Shown: positions 1 through 9,083 of the stretch, one piece after another | Position numbering within the stretch: position 1 is the first letter of the stretch | Layout: every line of letters starts with the position of its first letter | Assembly: GCA_050179755.1 (NCBI GenBank) | Contig: JBFXEV010000001.1 | Coordinates: forward strand, 143,881 to 207,880 | DNA from: Candidatus Babeliales bacterium | GTDB taxonomy: Bacteria; Babelota; Babeliae; Babelales; JBFXEV01 | Direction: 5' to 3' | Length of the DNA stretch: 64,000 bases | Position numbers and translations under genes: made by a program | The notes under the pieces: generated by a model | Told to the model about the DNA's origin: nothing | The model's database searches: none | What the model saw: only the letters and a program-made list of their open reading frames with translations

Positions 1-1100
1 TGTTCCGCAATAAAGCATTGTACAAATCGATCCGGAAACTGTTTTTCAAAAAGCTCTGCAAAGGTTGAATTTTTCACCTCAGCATCTAAGCTTATTACCA
101 TTTCAATCATTTTGCCAAGCTCAACAAGCCCTAAACCATACGCTTTACGCGTGGCAATGAGTTCCCCCTTTTTAAAATGAGGAATGAGCACCATAGGTTT
201 ATGTTGCTTGACCGGTTGTTCATCTTTTGGATATTGAGCCTTCCACGTATACGCAATCTGAGCATCTGCAATCTTGCCAAATCGATCATGTAGCTCTTGA
301 AGCACACCAGGTAATTCTTCTTTTGAAAAAGCTTTGCCATGATAGCCTTGCTTACCCTCAATAGACTTTATGCCATATCCTTTGATCGTTTTTGCAATAA
401 TAATGATAGGCTTTCCCGTAAGTTTTTTTGCTTGATCAAATGCTTTTGCAATATCAACAATATTATGACCATCAACCACTAAAGCATGCCACCCGAACGA
501 GGCAAACATTGCTTGATAATGCTCAAGATGATAGCCTTCCATAGTTTCAGTGCTTTGCCCCAATTTATTAACATCCAAAATTGCAATAAGATTATCCAAC
601 TTATAATGAGCCGCAATCATTGCAGCCTCCCATACTGAACCTTCTGCAACTTCACTATCACCCATAAGCACGTAGGTTCTAAAACTACGCTTATCCATTT
701 TGGCGCTTAAAGCAATGCCAGCCCCAATAGAAAGGCCCTGACCAAGAGATCCGGTTGCAGCCTCTGAATAACTAAACCGCGCTGTGGGATGCCCCTCAAG
801 AACAGAATTAAACTTACGCAAGCTCAGCAACTCTTTCTCGCTTAGAAGCCCTAATTCTTTATATATTGCATACAATAATGGAGCTGCATGACCTTTTGAT
901 AAAATAAAACGATCGTTATTCGGATTTGCATGCGCTTCCGGATCAAATTGCATGGTATAAAAAAAGAGAACAGCTACCAAGTCAGCCGCTGAAAGACAAG
1001 TAGTAGGGTGACCAGAGCCAGCTTGCGTAGTAGAAAGAATAGACGAAACACGAGTATTATAAGCTGTACGTTCCAAAAAATCTTTTTGTGCAAAGTCCAT
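1..1100 (-). CDS. tkt: Transketolase, single-chain type, 3' end runs off the window
   Basis: Not in ORF track. Manual translation from ATG 1100: MDFAQKDFLERTAYNTRVSSI..GSGHPTTCLSAAD..DRFILSKGHAAP..LEGHP..ATGSLGQG..MGDSEVAEGSVWEA..TIKGYG..CFIAE. AAGGAG SD upstream. Confidence 0.95.
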   Translation of the reverse strand, partial: MDFAQKDFLERTAYNTRVSSILSTTQAGSGHPTTCLSAADLVAVLFFYTMQFDPEAHANPNNDRFILSKGHAAPLLYAIYKELGLLSEKELLSLRKFNSVLEGHPTARFSYSEAATGSLGQGLSIGAGIALSAKMDKRSFRTYVLMGDSEVAEGSVWEAAMIAAHYKLDNLIAILDVNKLGQSTETMEGYHLEHYQAMFASFGWHALVVDGHNIVDIAKAFDQAKKLTGKPIIIIAKTIKGYGIKSIEGKQGYHGKAFSKEELPGVLQELHDRFGKIADAQIAYTWKAQYPKDEQPVKQHKPMVLIPHFKKGELIATRKAYGLGLVELGKMIEMVISLDAEVKNSTFAELFEKQFPDRFVQCFIAE

Positions 1101-1177
1101 TGAGTACTCTCCTTAGATATAATAATTATTCTAGATGTAGTCTACTAAGAATTTAAAAGGAGAGCGAGAGTTCAACA

Positions 1178-1207
1178 AAAAAGGGTTACCTTTCAGTAAC
1201 CCTTTTT
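1178..1207 (-). terminator. Intrinsic terminator after the low-complexity gene cluster
   Basis: AAAAAGGGTTAC-ctttca-GTAACCCTTTTT inverted repeat with A/T tracts on both sides. Confidence 0.8.
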
Positions 1208-1238
1208 ATCTTTACGTTTAATTACTTAAACGAACTAT

Positions 1239-1469
1239 TTAAAAGAATGAAGCTCGTGAACGATTAGTTTGAGTTCTTCTTTGTGTTGCAGTTTGCTGTG
1301 TTGTAGTTCCTTTACGCGGTTCAACTTGAGCCTGTCTTGCAGGAGTTGTTCGCTGTGCTGACCGAGTTGTTGTTGTTCGCGCAGTTGTGCTGCTTGTACG
1401 ATCCATAGCTTGGAGGCCAAATGCAACCAATGCTACAAACACTGAAGTTAAGATTAATTTGATATTCAT
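1239..1469 (-). CDS. Small secreted Thr/Arg/Gln-rich low-complexity protein
   Basis: Signal peptide ending GLQA-M, AAGGAG SD, ends RSRASFF. Confidence 0.8.
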   Translation of the reverse strand: MNIKLILTSVFVALVAFGLQAMDRTSSTTARTTTTRSAQRTTPARQAQVEPRKGTTTQQTATQRRTQTNRSRASFF

Positions 1470-1601
1470 GATATCTCCTTTTGTTTATTGTACAATAACA
1501 TTTTTATTCAATTTCCAATTTTATATCCCTTAAAAAATGCTCTTCCGGAACGTTGCGTTGCAGCAGGCTTGTTGCACGGCTGTTGTCTTGCTGACGCGGA
1601 T

Positions 1602-2321
1602 CTAAAATCTAAATACAGCAGTTTTTTCAGGCGTTTGCGTTCTTGTTACTTCAGGCTGTGCAGTTTTTGCAGGCTGTGGCGCTGCTGTTGCTCGTGCTGG
1701 TGCAGATCTAAACGCAGCAGCTTTTGCAGGCGTTTGCCTTGCTATTACACGCGGTGCAGCAGTAGCTGGTCTTGTTGCTGGTTGCGCAGGACGTTTAAAA
1801 GCAGCAGCTCGTGTAGTTGCAGGCTGTACTGTTGTAGGTCTTACGGTACTTGTAGTATGTGACCTTGCAATAGCTCTTTGCGCTGCAGACGAAGAAGCTG
1901 CAGAACGTTGAGCAGATGTTTGCGCTGTCATGGGTTGTACAATCGATGCAGTTGTAGCTGTTGAAAGCGGTCTAGCACCAACCATTGTAGGGCGCGATAC
2001 TGCCGGTCGTGTTATTGGTTGCGCAACGGGTCTTGCTGCCACAGTTGAAACTGGCGCTTGAGCTACCGGTCTTACAAACGTTGAAGTTGGAGCCTGTGTT
2101 ACCATTGGCTGTGCAAACGTTGGTGCTGGAGCTGTAGTCATTGTTGGTTGTGTAATCGTTGATGAGGAAGTTTGTGTAATAATGGGCTGAGCTACCGTTG
2201 ATGATGGCGCAGCACCAATTGGCGCTTGTGGCGCGCTAAGTGCAGATGTCTGTGCTTGTAATTTTAATGACCCACAAAGTATACTAACCATCACTAAGTT
2301 CATTATTATTTGTTTTTTCAT
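1602..2321 (-). CDS. Secreted Ala/Pro/Thr/Gln/Arg-rich low-complexity protein, C-terminus probably truncated by a 7-bp duplication
   Basis: Signal peptide (LQA-Q), AAGGAG SD, AQP/ARP repeats; ATCTAAA tandem duplication at 1600-1613 creates the stop. Confidence 0.8.
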   Translation of the reverse strand: MKKQIIMNLVMVSILCGSLKLQAQTSALSAPQAPIGAAPSSTVAQPIITQTSSSTITQPTMTTAPAPTFAQPMVTQAPTSTFVRPVAQAPVSTVAARPVAQPITRPAVSRPTMVGARPLSTATTASIVQPMTAQTSAQRSAASSSAAQRAIARSHTTSTVRPTTVQPATTRAAAFKRPAQPATRPATAAPRVIARQTPAKAAAFRSAPARATAAPQPAKTAQPEVTRTQTPEKTAVFRF

Positions 2322-2341
2322 ATTATCTCCTTTTTAATTTT

Positions 2342-2878
2342 TTATTTATTGAAAAAACCTCTTGCGCGCTGTGCTGGTGCACTTTGCATTACATTTTGAG
2401 CTGCAGCTGGCGCAGTTGAGCCAGTTGTTTGCCCTAAACCTCTAAACGTATCTGCTGATGACATACCTTCAGATACTGTTGAAACACCCTGCTCGGGCAA
2501 TGCCGCAGAAGCACCCGGCGCTGTACTTATTGATGAAAACGCTTCTTGTGATTGTGCAAATGAGAATCTACTTTGCCTTGGTGTTGCTATAGTAGTTGTA
2601 GCTGGTGTTGCAGTGACCACACTTCTTGCACCTGACGGTTGTACTGGTAATCGCTCTGGTGCTCCTTGCACACGCCCCGCAGGCAATCTACCTGTTGGCA
2701 ATGTGGCAGCAGTAGCTGCTGGACTTACAGTAGGTCGAGGAGCAGAAGTAAATTTGCTTACACTTGCAGGCCTAATTCCTTGAGTGCCACGTACCGCATC
2801 AAATTTTTGAAACATACCATACGCGCCCGTGGTATAACCACTTACACATGCAAGCATTATAAGTAATTGCTTTTTCAT
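2342..2878 (-). CDS. Secreted low-complexity Ala/Thr/Ser/Pro-rich protein
   Basis: ORF 2342..2890, likely start MKKQLL at 2878 after GGAG; signal peptide AYG-M; ends RARGFFNK. Confidence 0.8.
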   Translation of the reverse strand: MKKQLLIMLACVSGYTTGAYGMFQKFDAVRGTQGIRPASVSKFTSAPRPTVSPAATAATLPTGRLPAGRVQGAPERLPVQPSGARSVVTATPATTTIATPRQSRFSFAQSQEAFSSISTAPGASAALPEQGVSTVSEGMSSADTFRGLGQTTGSTAPAAAQNVMQSAPAQRARGFFNK

Positions 2879-2902
2879 ACTATTCTCCATTTTTCTAGTA
2901 TC

Positions 2903-3397
2903 TTAAAAAAATTTACCGCCACCAAAACGACCTGTTACTGCTCGTGGTTCTGCTGATACAACTGCAGGAGCAGTTTGTACAGCAGGCAGTGGTGTAGCTT
3001 CAACTGATTGCGTAAGTTCAGGCGTTTCTGTAATAATTGGCGACACTTTCTCAAGTTCCATTATTTTTTCTTCTTCAAGTTTAAACAATGGTGTCTGCTC
3101 AGTTATTTTAGCTTCGATTTCTTCTTTCACTAATAAATCATCATCTAGCGGCATTTGATCCACTGGAATTACACATGCTTCAGGAAGGATTGTTTCTTCT
3201 GCAAGATCTGCCTCTCTCTCAATTTTTACTTCGCCTTCTTGCATTAATTGTCTAAGAGGACTCTCTGTTTGCACAAATTCAACTGCATCTATTGTTATTT
3301 CTCGTGGATCTTGTACTTGCTCGGGCTTAACTTTATGCACTACAATAGCGCCAATTAAACCTGCAAGGGCAATAGCCATTACTATTCTTCTTTTCAT
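2903..3397 (-). CDS. Membrane-anchored or secreted acidic low-complexity protein
   Basis: N-terminal hydrophobic helix, Glu-rich body, ends GRFGGGKFF; AAGGAG SD fits ATG 3397. Confidence 0.75.
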   Translation of the reverse strand: MKRRIVMAIALAGLIGAIVVHKVKPEQVQDPREITIDAVEFVQTESPLRQLMQEGEVKIEREADLAEETILPEACVIPVDQMPLDDDLLVKEEIEAKITEQTPLFKLEEEKIMELEKVSPIITETPELTQSVEATPLPAVQTAPAVVSAEPRAVTGRFGGGKFF

Positions 3398-3652
3398 TTC
3401 CATCTCCTTTGGTTTGGGGTTTTCTCTGTTACAAGAATTTTCATAGCTCCCCCCTCCCCTACTAGACTAAGACAGAGTAACTTAACCAGGTATAACCCTT
3501 TAGTTTAGGCCCTTCTATCATCTTTAGCATACAAAAAAACGGACCAAAAAAGCAATAGTTTTAAGAACAATTTTGAAGCTGGAATCATGATCTAGTCTTG
3601 CTTTAGAAAAGAAACATATCGCCAAAAAATCGCAAACGTCTATACTAGAGGG

Positions 3653-4636
3653 ATGATTCATAGATTCTTAAGCTGGTTTTACCTTAAACTGCTCTCATTT
3701 ATACATATTCAATTATTCGTTTCAATTGTTTCTTTGCCAATATTAATATCGTGGGGACTTCCTGTTTCCACGCTCGCACCACTTGGCAACTTTATATTTG
3801 GTCCTTTTCTAACATTATTTTTGGGTATTTCGTGCATTATTTTTTTTACAGAACTTTGTTATATACCTAATGGCATCTTTATATGGTGTTTAGAACAGAT
3901 TACTCAACTCTGGCTTTATTTATTATCCCATGCCAGCAGCACGTGGCTTTTAAGTTTTAAAACGCCATCACCTTGGTTTTTTGTAGCGTTACTTCTAGCA
4001 ACGATTGCCATTGTTTATCACAAAAAGCTCCAATCCTTGCACACAAGCTCCTTCTGCTTTGCCTTCTTGCTCGGCATTGCATATCTTTATTTAGTCTTTT
4101 TAAATGTACCAAAATATGCTATCGCACCAATTCCCTGCAACAATGCGCACATAACCATTATTAAAACACCAAAATCATTTTCTATTATCGATCCAGGCAT
4201 TATTGGCAGGCGCATTTCAGCTCCCTCTTGGATAGAATACTCTTTGCTTCCTACACTTCGATCACAGTACGGCATACAAACAATTGATAACATAGTACTT
4301 CTTGCACCGGGCATAGTACTATTTGATGCAATCACAGAACTGATTCGTATTATGCCAATCAAAAATATCTATGTGCCGTTGTGGCAAGGTGAAAGTCCGC
4401 TAGGCCTTACTAGTGCTTACAAAAAAATGAAAGATGCCGCAACACGTCATGGCATTAAAATTCATCGCATAGGAAAAAAATCTCAAGAACTAATTCTTGA
4501 TAATGAAAGTACCCTTTCTATTATGCCGCTCGACGCGCAGTGCACTTACCGTACAATAAAATATTCTGCCATTAAAATTATAGGGCAGTTGCCAGAAGAT
4601 ACTATTACGCTGTATTCTAGTAAGTACATAACTTAA
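3653..4636 (+). CDS. ComEC/Rec2-like membrane protein (C-terminal competence TM region plus degenerate MBL-like domain)
   Basis: QLFVSIVSLPILISWGLPVSTLAPLGNFIF resembles ComEC TM motifs; later IIDPG..LLPTLRSQYGIQTIDNIVL without HxHxDH. Confidence 0.6.
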   Translation: MIHRFLSWFYLKLLSFIHIQLFVSIVSLPILISWGLPVSTLAPLGNFIFGPFLTLFLGISCIIFFTELCYIPNGIFIWCLEQITQLWLYLLSHASSTWLLSFKTPSPWFFVALLLATIAIVYHKKLQSLHTSSFCFAFLLGIAYLYLVFLNVPKYAIAPIPCNNAHITIIKTPKSFSIIDPGIIGRRISAPSWIEYSLLPTLRSQYGIQTIDNIVLLAPGIVLFDAITELIRIMPIKNIYVPLWQGESPLGLTSAYKKMKDAATRHGIKIHRIGKKSQELILDNESTLSIMPLDAQCTYRTIKYSAIKIIGQLPEDTITLYSSKYIT

Positions 4637-4649
4637 AAAGGATATTACC

Positions 4650-5210
4650 ATGGCTGGATCATTATCTGGTAAAAAAATAGTATTGGTGATCGCAAGTGAA
4701 GGTTATCACCCCGTAGAATATGGCGTAACAAAAGAGAACTTGCGCAAAGAAGGCGCTATAATTACTACCGCAAGTGATAAACCAGGCGGTGCAGTGGCAA
4801 AAGATAATTCCACAACGCCAGTTGATATAACTCTTGATGCACTAGATGCCAAAAACTACGATGGAATCTTTTTTATTGGTGGCCCTGGCACACTCAAATG
4901 CCTTGATAATCCAACAAGCTATCATATTATAAGCCAAGCCAAAAAACATAACGTGCCCTATGGCGCCATTTGTATTGCCACACGAATTCTTGCAAAAGCT
5001 TACGGCCTCCAAGATAAACGCGCCACTGGCTGGAACGAAGATCTTGAACTTAACGTACTCTACCCAAGCTTTGGTGCTACCTTAGTAGAAAGACATCCGG
5101 TTATCATCGATGAACGCGTGGTAACTGCGGTGGGCCCCGCAGCCGCAGATGAATTTGCAAAAGCAATACGTCAAGTTGTTATTGAAAAGGAATTATCTTC
5201 TGAAGAATAA
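4650..5210 (+). CDS. DJ-1/PfpI family protein
   Basis: GYHPVE, YDGIFFIGGPG, GAICIA (catalytic Cys), VVTAVGP. Confidence 0.9.
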   Translation: MAGSLSGKKIVLVIASEGYHPVEYGVTKENLRKEGAIITTASDKPGGAVAKDNSTTPVDITLDALDAKNYDGIFFIGGPGTLKCLDNPTSYHIISQAKKHNVPYGAICIATRILAKAYGLQDKRATGWNEDLELNVLYPSFGATLVERHPVIIDERVVTAVGPAAADEFAKAIRQVVIEKELSSEE

Positions 5211-5242
5211 AAAGGGTTTTTAGTTCTCAAGAAAGGAACGCA

Positions 5243-5539
5243 ATGCCTACTGTTATAAGCATTAGAAAAATTAATCAAGCAAACACTAAACATGTGTATG
5301 AAGTCACAGCTGAGCAAGTAAAGCCATTTTACATCACCATTGATCCTGAACCACGGCACATTAGCTATTATACCGATAAAAAATTAAATAAGCTGGTCAC
5401 TATCATTGATTTAAACGAAGAGAACAAATTACTCTTTAAAAGCATTCATAAGCATACTGCGCTACTAACACTTTGCTGCGCACGTAAAGCCATAAAAAAT
5501 AATCTATTTCCAGAAGTTTTAGACTACTGTTCCGGATAA
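5243..5539 (+). CDS. Hypothetical protein
   Basis: 98-aa ORF with AAGGAA SD, co-oriented with neighbours. Confidence 0.65.
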   Translation: MPTVISIRKINQANTKHVYEVTAEQVKPFYITIDPEPRHISYYTDKKLNKLVTIIDLNEENKLLFKSIHKHTALLTLCCARKAIKNNLFPEVLDYCSG

Positions 5540-5546
5540 AAATACT

Positions 5547-5942
5547 ATGAAAATAAAAATATCTCGTATTCTCTGGATTGCTAGTATGCTAATTGTGAGC
5601 AACGTATGCTATACAATGAATCAAGAACCAGTAGCCGCAGCTCCTCTTGGCGCACTCTTAAGAAATGGTGCTCGTGCTCGTCTAGATACAATAGTTTTCA
5701 CCCACCTCAATGTAGTCCTAGCATTACGCGGCAATGATGGCAAAGGAGGCTTTGCCATCATTGAATTAGTGCAAAACTGCAGAAACGAAGCATCGCCTAT
5801 CTCTCAAAAATCTGGGGAACATTTGCTACTTTATGGACTTGTTGATGCAACTCATAAACCATTACCAGAGCTCAAAGATATAATTGTATCAATGGCTATT
5901 GGTAACGGCTTAGAAATGAAAATTGTATCTCCTATCAAGTAA
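5547..5942 (+). CDS. Secreted hypothetical protein
   Basis: Signal peptide ending CYT-MNQ. Confidence 0.7.
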   Translation: MKIKISRILWIASMLIVSNVCYTMNQEPVAAAPLGALLRNGARARLDTIVFTHLNVVLALRGNDGKGGFAIIELVQNCRNEASPISQKSGEHLLLYGLVDATHKPLPELKDIIVSMAIGNGLEMKIVSPIK

Positions 5943-5948
5943 AGCGCT

Positions 5949-6101
5949 ATGCCCGCAGGGCGTAGTATTGTGCGAATAAGACATGGCCTGCTTAATCAAA
6001 ATCAAGTTCCTTATGAAGAACAAAGAAATATCATACTTTCTATGATCCGCAAACAAAACGGTAAAATGCTTATAAGCACTTCTATCAAAACAGAAAACTA
6101 A
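5949..6101 (+). pseudogene. C-terminal remnant of a tandem paralog of 5547..5942
   Basis: 50-aa ORF; RHGLLNQNQVPYEEQRNIILSMIRKQNGKMLISTSIK aligns ungapped with LYGLVDATHKPLPELKDIIVSMAIGNGLEMKIVSPIK. Confidence 0.55.
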
Positions 6102-6722
6102 TTAAACAATCAGCGCTGCTCGTGCAGGCACACCATCAATGCCAAGAACATTCAATGGCAAACAGCAAAGTTCATAATAACCAGGCGGCACATGCGCAAG
6201 CCGTAATCCTTCAATAATTACCACATTACCTTCAAGCAACAAAATATGCGTTTCATGCTCTGGCTGGTTACGTTCAATGCCCAAATAATCAATACCAATG
6301 CAAGCAATTTTAAGATCAGCAAGATAACGTGCTGCATCTTTATGCACACATATAAATTGAGGGTCAAAAGGATCAGTGGGAGATCGCAGACTATTTTTTG
6401 TTTTTACAAGAATGCGCTCACTAGCTTTTATCTCACACTGTTTAAGATCATTTTGTGTAATGCATTCTGTCACGTGAGTAAGATCAAGCACCCTGCACGG
6501 CCCTATGAGTGCTTCTAACGATAGTGTCTCGCTTGAGCCACCATTCATGACAAAGTGAGAAGGCGCATCAACATGCGTGCCGGTATGATTATGCATCGAG
6601 AGCATAGTTTCTCGCACACCATCACAATCAAATTGTTTTAAAGACTCGATTTTGACTGTTCTACGATCTTTATATTCGGTCATCTGTGGCGTAATTGGCC
6701 AACTTATATCGATAATGTTCAT
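6102..6722 (-). CDS. Cyclase family metal-dependent hydrolase (kynurenine formamidase-like)
   Basis: HTGTHVDAPSH, GIDYLG, IIEGL, DGVPAR motifs. Confidence 0.9.
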   Translation of the reverse strand: MNIIDISWPITPQMTEYKDRRTVKIESLKQFDCDGVRETMLSMHNHTGTHVDAPSHFVMNGGSSETLSLEALIGPCRVLDLTHVTECITQNDLKQCEIKASERILVKTKNSLRSPTDPFDPQFICVHKDAARYLADLKIACIGIDYLGIERNQPEHETHILLLEGNVVIIEGLRLAHVPPGYYELCCLPLNVLGIDGVPARAALIV

Positions 6723-6748
6723 TACTCAATCTTCTTGATTGCGTGTCC

Positions 6749-6780
6749 ACCACCCGCCTTCGCTAAAGCTATGGCGTGGT
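6749..6780. repeat. REP-like palindrome, family 2
   Basis: ACCACCCGCC-TTCGCTAAAGCTAT-GGCGTGGT; core shared with 24178-24204 and 46939-47033. Confidence 0.6.
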
Positions 6781-6783
6781 TTA

Positions 6784-7695
6784 TTACTCTGATTTCTCAA
6801 ACTTAACACTATGCCCTCCAAATTGATTGCGCAACATCGCAACCACTTTAGTCCCAAAATTACCACCAGTTTCTCTTGATTGCTTGCGAATGTCTAAAGC
6901 GTCTTCAATTAGTTTTACTGAAATATGTTGCTTATGTGCCTCTTGCACTGTCCATAATCCCATGCCACTTTCTGCAACTTCACCACTAATACCCTCAAGA
7001 TTTTGATCTTCTTTAAAAATGTTTTCAATAAGTTCAAGCAAATATGATCTAATTACGCCACCATTGTTCCAAACTCTGCAAATTTTTGCAAGATCCAACT
7101 CTTTATACTCACCATTTTTTAATAGATCAAAACCTTCACCATACGCTTGCATGAGTGCATACTCTATGCCATTATGCACCATTTTTACGTAATGCCCTGC
7201 ACCAGATTCGCCCATATACCCATAACCGTCTTTATGGGCAATCGCTTTAAAAAGTGGTTCATACAATTTAAACACCGATTCTTGACCACCAATCATAAGA
7301 GAAAAGCCAATCTCGCGCCCTTTAAGGCCGCCCGAAGTGCCGCAATCCAAAAAATGCATACCATGTTCTTGTAGTGATCGAGATCGGCACACCGTATCAT
7401 GAAAATTACTATTACCGCCATCAATAATAGTGTCGCCTTTGTGCATATCAGGTAACATTGATTCAATTACTTGATCAATCGGCGCACCAGCTGGAATCAT
7501 TAACCACGTAACACGCACGTGCTCAGGTAACTGACTTGCCGTTAGTACCGTGCGTGCGCCAAGTTGCTCAGCTTCTTTGCGCAATGTTTCATTTCTATCA
7601 AAAGCAACCACGTCATAACCTGCTTTTAAAACGCGCTCGGTAATTGCCATGCCCATTCTACCCAAACCTACAATACCCAATTTCACTGCAACCAC
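6784..7695 (-). CDS. gnd: 6-phosphogluconate dehydrogenase, decarboxylating, short type
   Basis: GIVGLGRMG, IDGGNS, DCGTSGG, GHYVKMVHNGIEY, RNQFGGH. Confidence 0.95.
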   Translation of the reverse strand: MVAVKLGIVGLGRMGMAITERVLKAGYDVVAFDRNETLRKEAEQLGARTVLTASQLPEHVRVTWLMIPAGAPIDQVIESMLPDMHKGDTIIDGGNSNFHDTVCRSRSLQEHGMHFLDCGTSGGLKGREIGFSLMIGGQESVFKLYEPLFKAIAHKDGYGYMGESGAGHYVKMVHNGIEYALMQAYGEGFDLLKNGEYKELDLAKICRVWNNGGVIRSYLLELIENIFKEDQNLEGISGEVAESGMGLWTVQEAHKQHISVKLIEDALDIRKQSRETGGNFGTKVVAMLRNQFGGHSVKFEKSE

Positions 7696-9083
7696 CTCAC
7701 ATTATTTTGTTTTAAAAATGCTAACGCTTCTTTGGGGCCAGTACTGCCCTGCTCATATTCATAAACTGGCAAATTAAGTGCTTCCACGCATTCAATTATG
7801 CGCCAAGATTGTTCAATTTCATCAAAGCGCACTGATATTGCCTGATCGCCATTAAAAATTGATTCTAACAAAATTTCATAAGCTTCTGGCGTTTTTGAAC
7901 CAAATTCCTCTATATGAGAAAATTTCATTTTCACCGGCACCACTCCCGGCGCGCGTCCTCGCGGTTTTACATTAAGATCAAGTGCAAATGATGCCTCTGG
8001 TTCCACACGAATAACCAAACAATTGGAAGGACATTCTTTGCCCGCAATAAGCGGGCATACGATATCTTTAAACTTGATAGTAATAATCGTTATTTTTTCT
8101 TGCAATCGTTTGCCGCTCTCAATATAAAAAGGTACACCTTTCCACCGATTAGTATCTACAAACATACGCAATAACGCAAACGTAGCCGTTTTGGAATTGG
8201 GAGCTACTTCATTTTCAGTTTTATACCCTGCATATTGCCCGAGAACGCCCGTATCGCAACGCACTTTTTGAAGTACTTCTTCTTTTTTATCGCGAATATA
8301 TTCGCCGGTTAATTCAAAAGGACTTTCCATAGCAATAAGTGCAAGTAATTGAAGTATATGATTTTGCACTACGTCTTTTAATACGCCATAACTATCATAA
8401 TATCTACCACGCCCTTCAAGACCAAGCGATTCACACAACCTAATCTGCACGCTGTCTACATATTTGGCATTCCAAAGCGGCTCAAAGATAATATTAGTAA
8501 AGCGCACTAATGCAATATTACTCACCAGCTCTTTGGTTAAATAATGGTCTATGCGAAATACTTGGCGCTCATTAAGATACTTGGCAATGCAAGCATTGAT
8601 CTCTTGAGCTGATTGCATACTTTTGCCAAACGGTTTTTCATATACCACTCTATGCCATACTTTGGCATCTGGCGCATCTTTAACAATTATTTTTGCGTTC
8701 CCTAAGCTATGTGTGATAGTACAAAAAAAATCGGCAGGCGTTGCCAAATATACCAGCCTATTACCAGAAAGACCGTGTTTTTTTTCAGAAAGCTCAACAA
8801 GCTGTTTCAGTTTTGCATAACCAGACGGCTCATTAAAATCTAATGATTGATAATAGGTATGATCCATTAGCTGCTGCCACAATTTTTGATCAAAGTTATC
8901 AATAAACTCCCGCGCTGCATCAAGCATTTTTGCTGGTGTAACATCAGAAGATGCCGCACCAACAAGCACAAAGTTGCTCAGCTTTTTATCTTCAAGCAAT
9001 TTATATATGGCAGGAATTAATTTTCGCTTGGCTAAATCACCGGTAGCACCAAGCACCAACAGTGTACAATTATTCATGAGCAA
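7683..9083 (-). CDS. zwf: Glucose-6-phosphate 1-dehydrogenase
   Basis: GATGDLAKRKLIPA, EKPFG, RIDHYLTKE, DVVQNH, RWKGVPFY. Confidence 0.95.
   Translation of the reverse strand: MLMNNCTLLVLGATGDLAKRKLIPAIYKLLEDKKLSNFVLVGAASSDVTPAKMLDAAREFIDNFDQKLWQQLMDHTYYQSLDFNEPSGYAKLKQLVELSEKKHGLSGNRLVYLATPADFFCTITHSLGNAKIIVKDAPDAKVWHRVVYEKPFGKSMQSAQEINACIAKYLNERQVFRIDHYLTKELVSNIALVRFTNIIFEPLWNAKYVDSVQIRLCESLGLEGRGRYYDSYGVLKDVVQNHILQLLALIAMESPFELTGEYIRDKKEEVLQKVRCDTGVLGQYAGYKTENEVAPNSKTATFALLRMFVDTNRWKGVPFYIESGKRLQEKITIITIKFKDIVCPLIAGKECPSNCLVIRVEPEASFALDLNVKPRGRAPGVVPVKMKFSHIEEFGSKTPEAYEILLESIFNGDQAISVRFDEIEQSWRIIECVEALNLPVYEYEQGSTGPKEALAFLKQNNVRWLQ

Noticed and set aside
131..361. 76-aa minus-strand ORF
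   Set aside because: Alternative frame inside transketolase
1488..1862. Cys/Arg-rich 124-aa plus-strand ORF
   Set aside because: Antisense shadow of GCA/ACA-rich codons in the low-complexity gene
1602..2890. Repetitive DNA suggesting an array or CRISPR
   Set aside because: Coding low-complexity repeats with no constant repeat-spacer period; no cas genes
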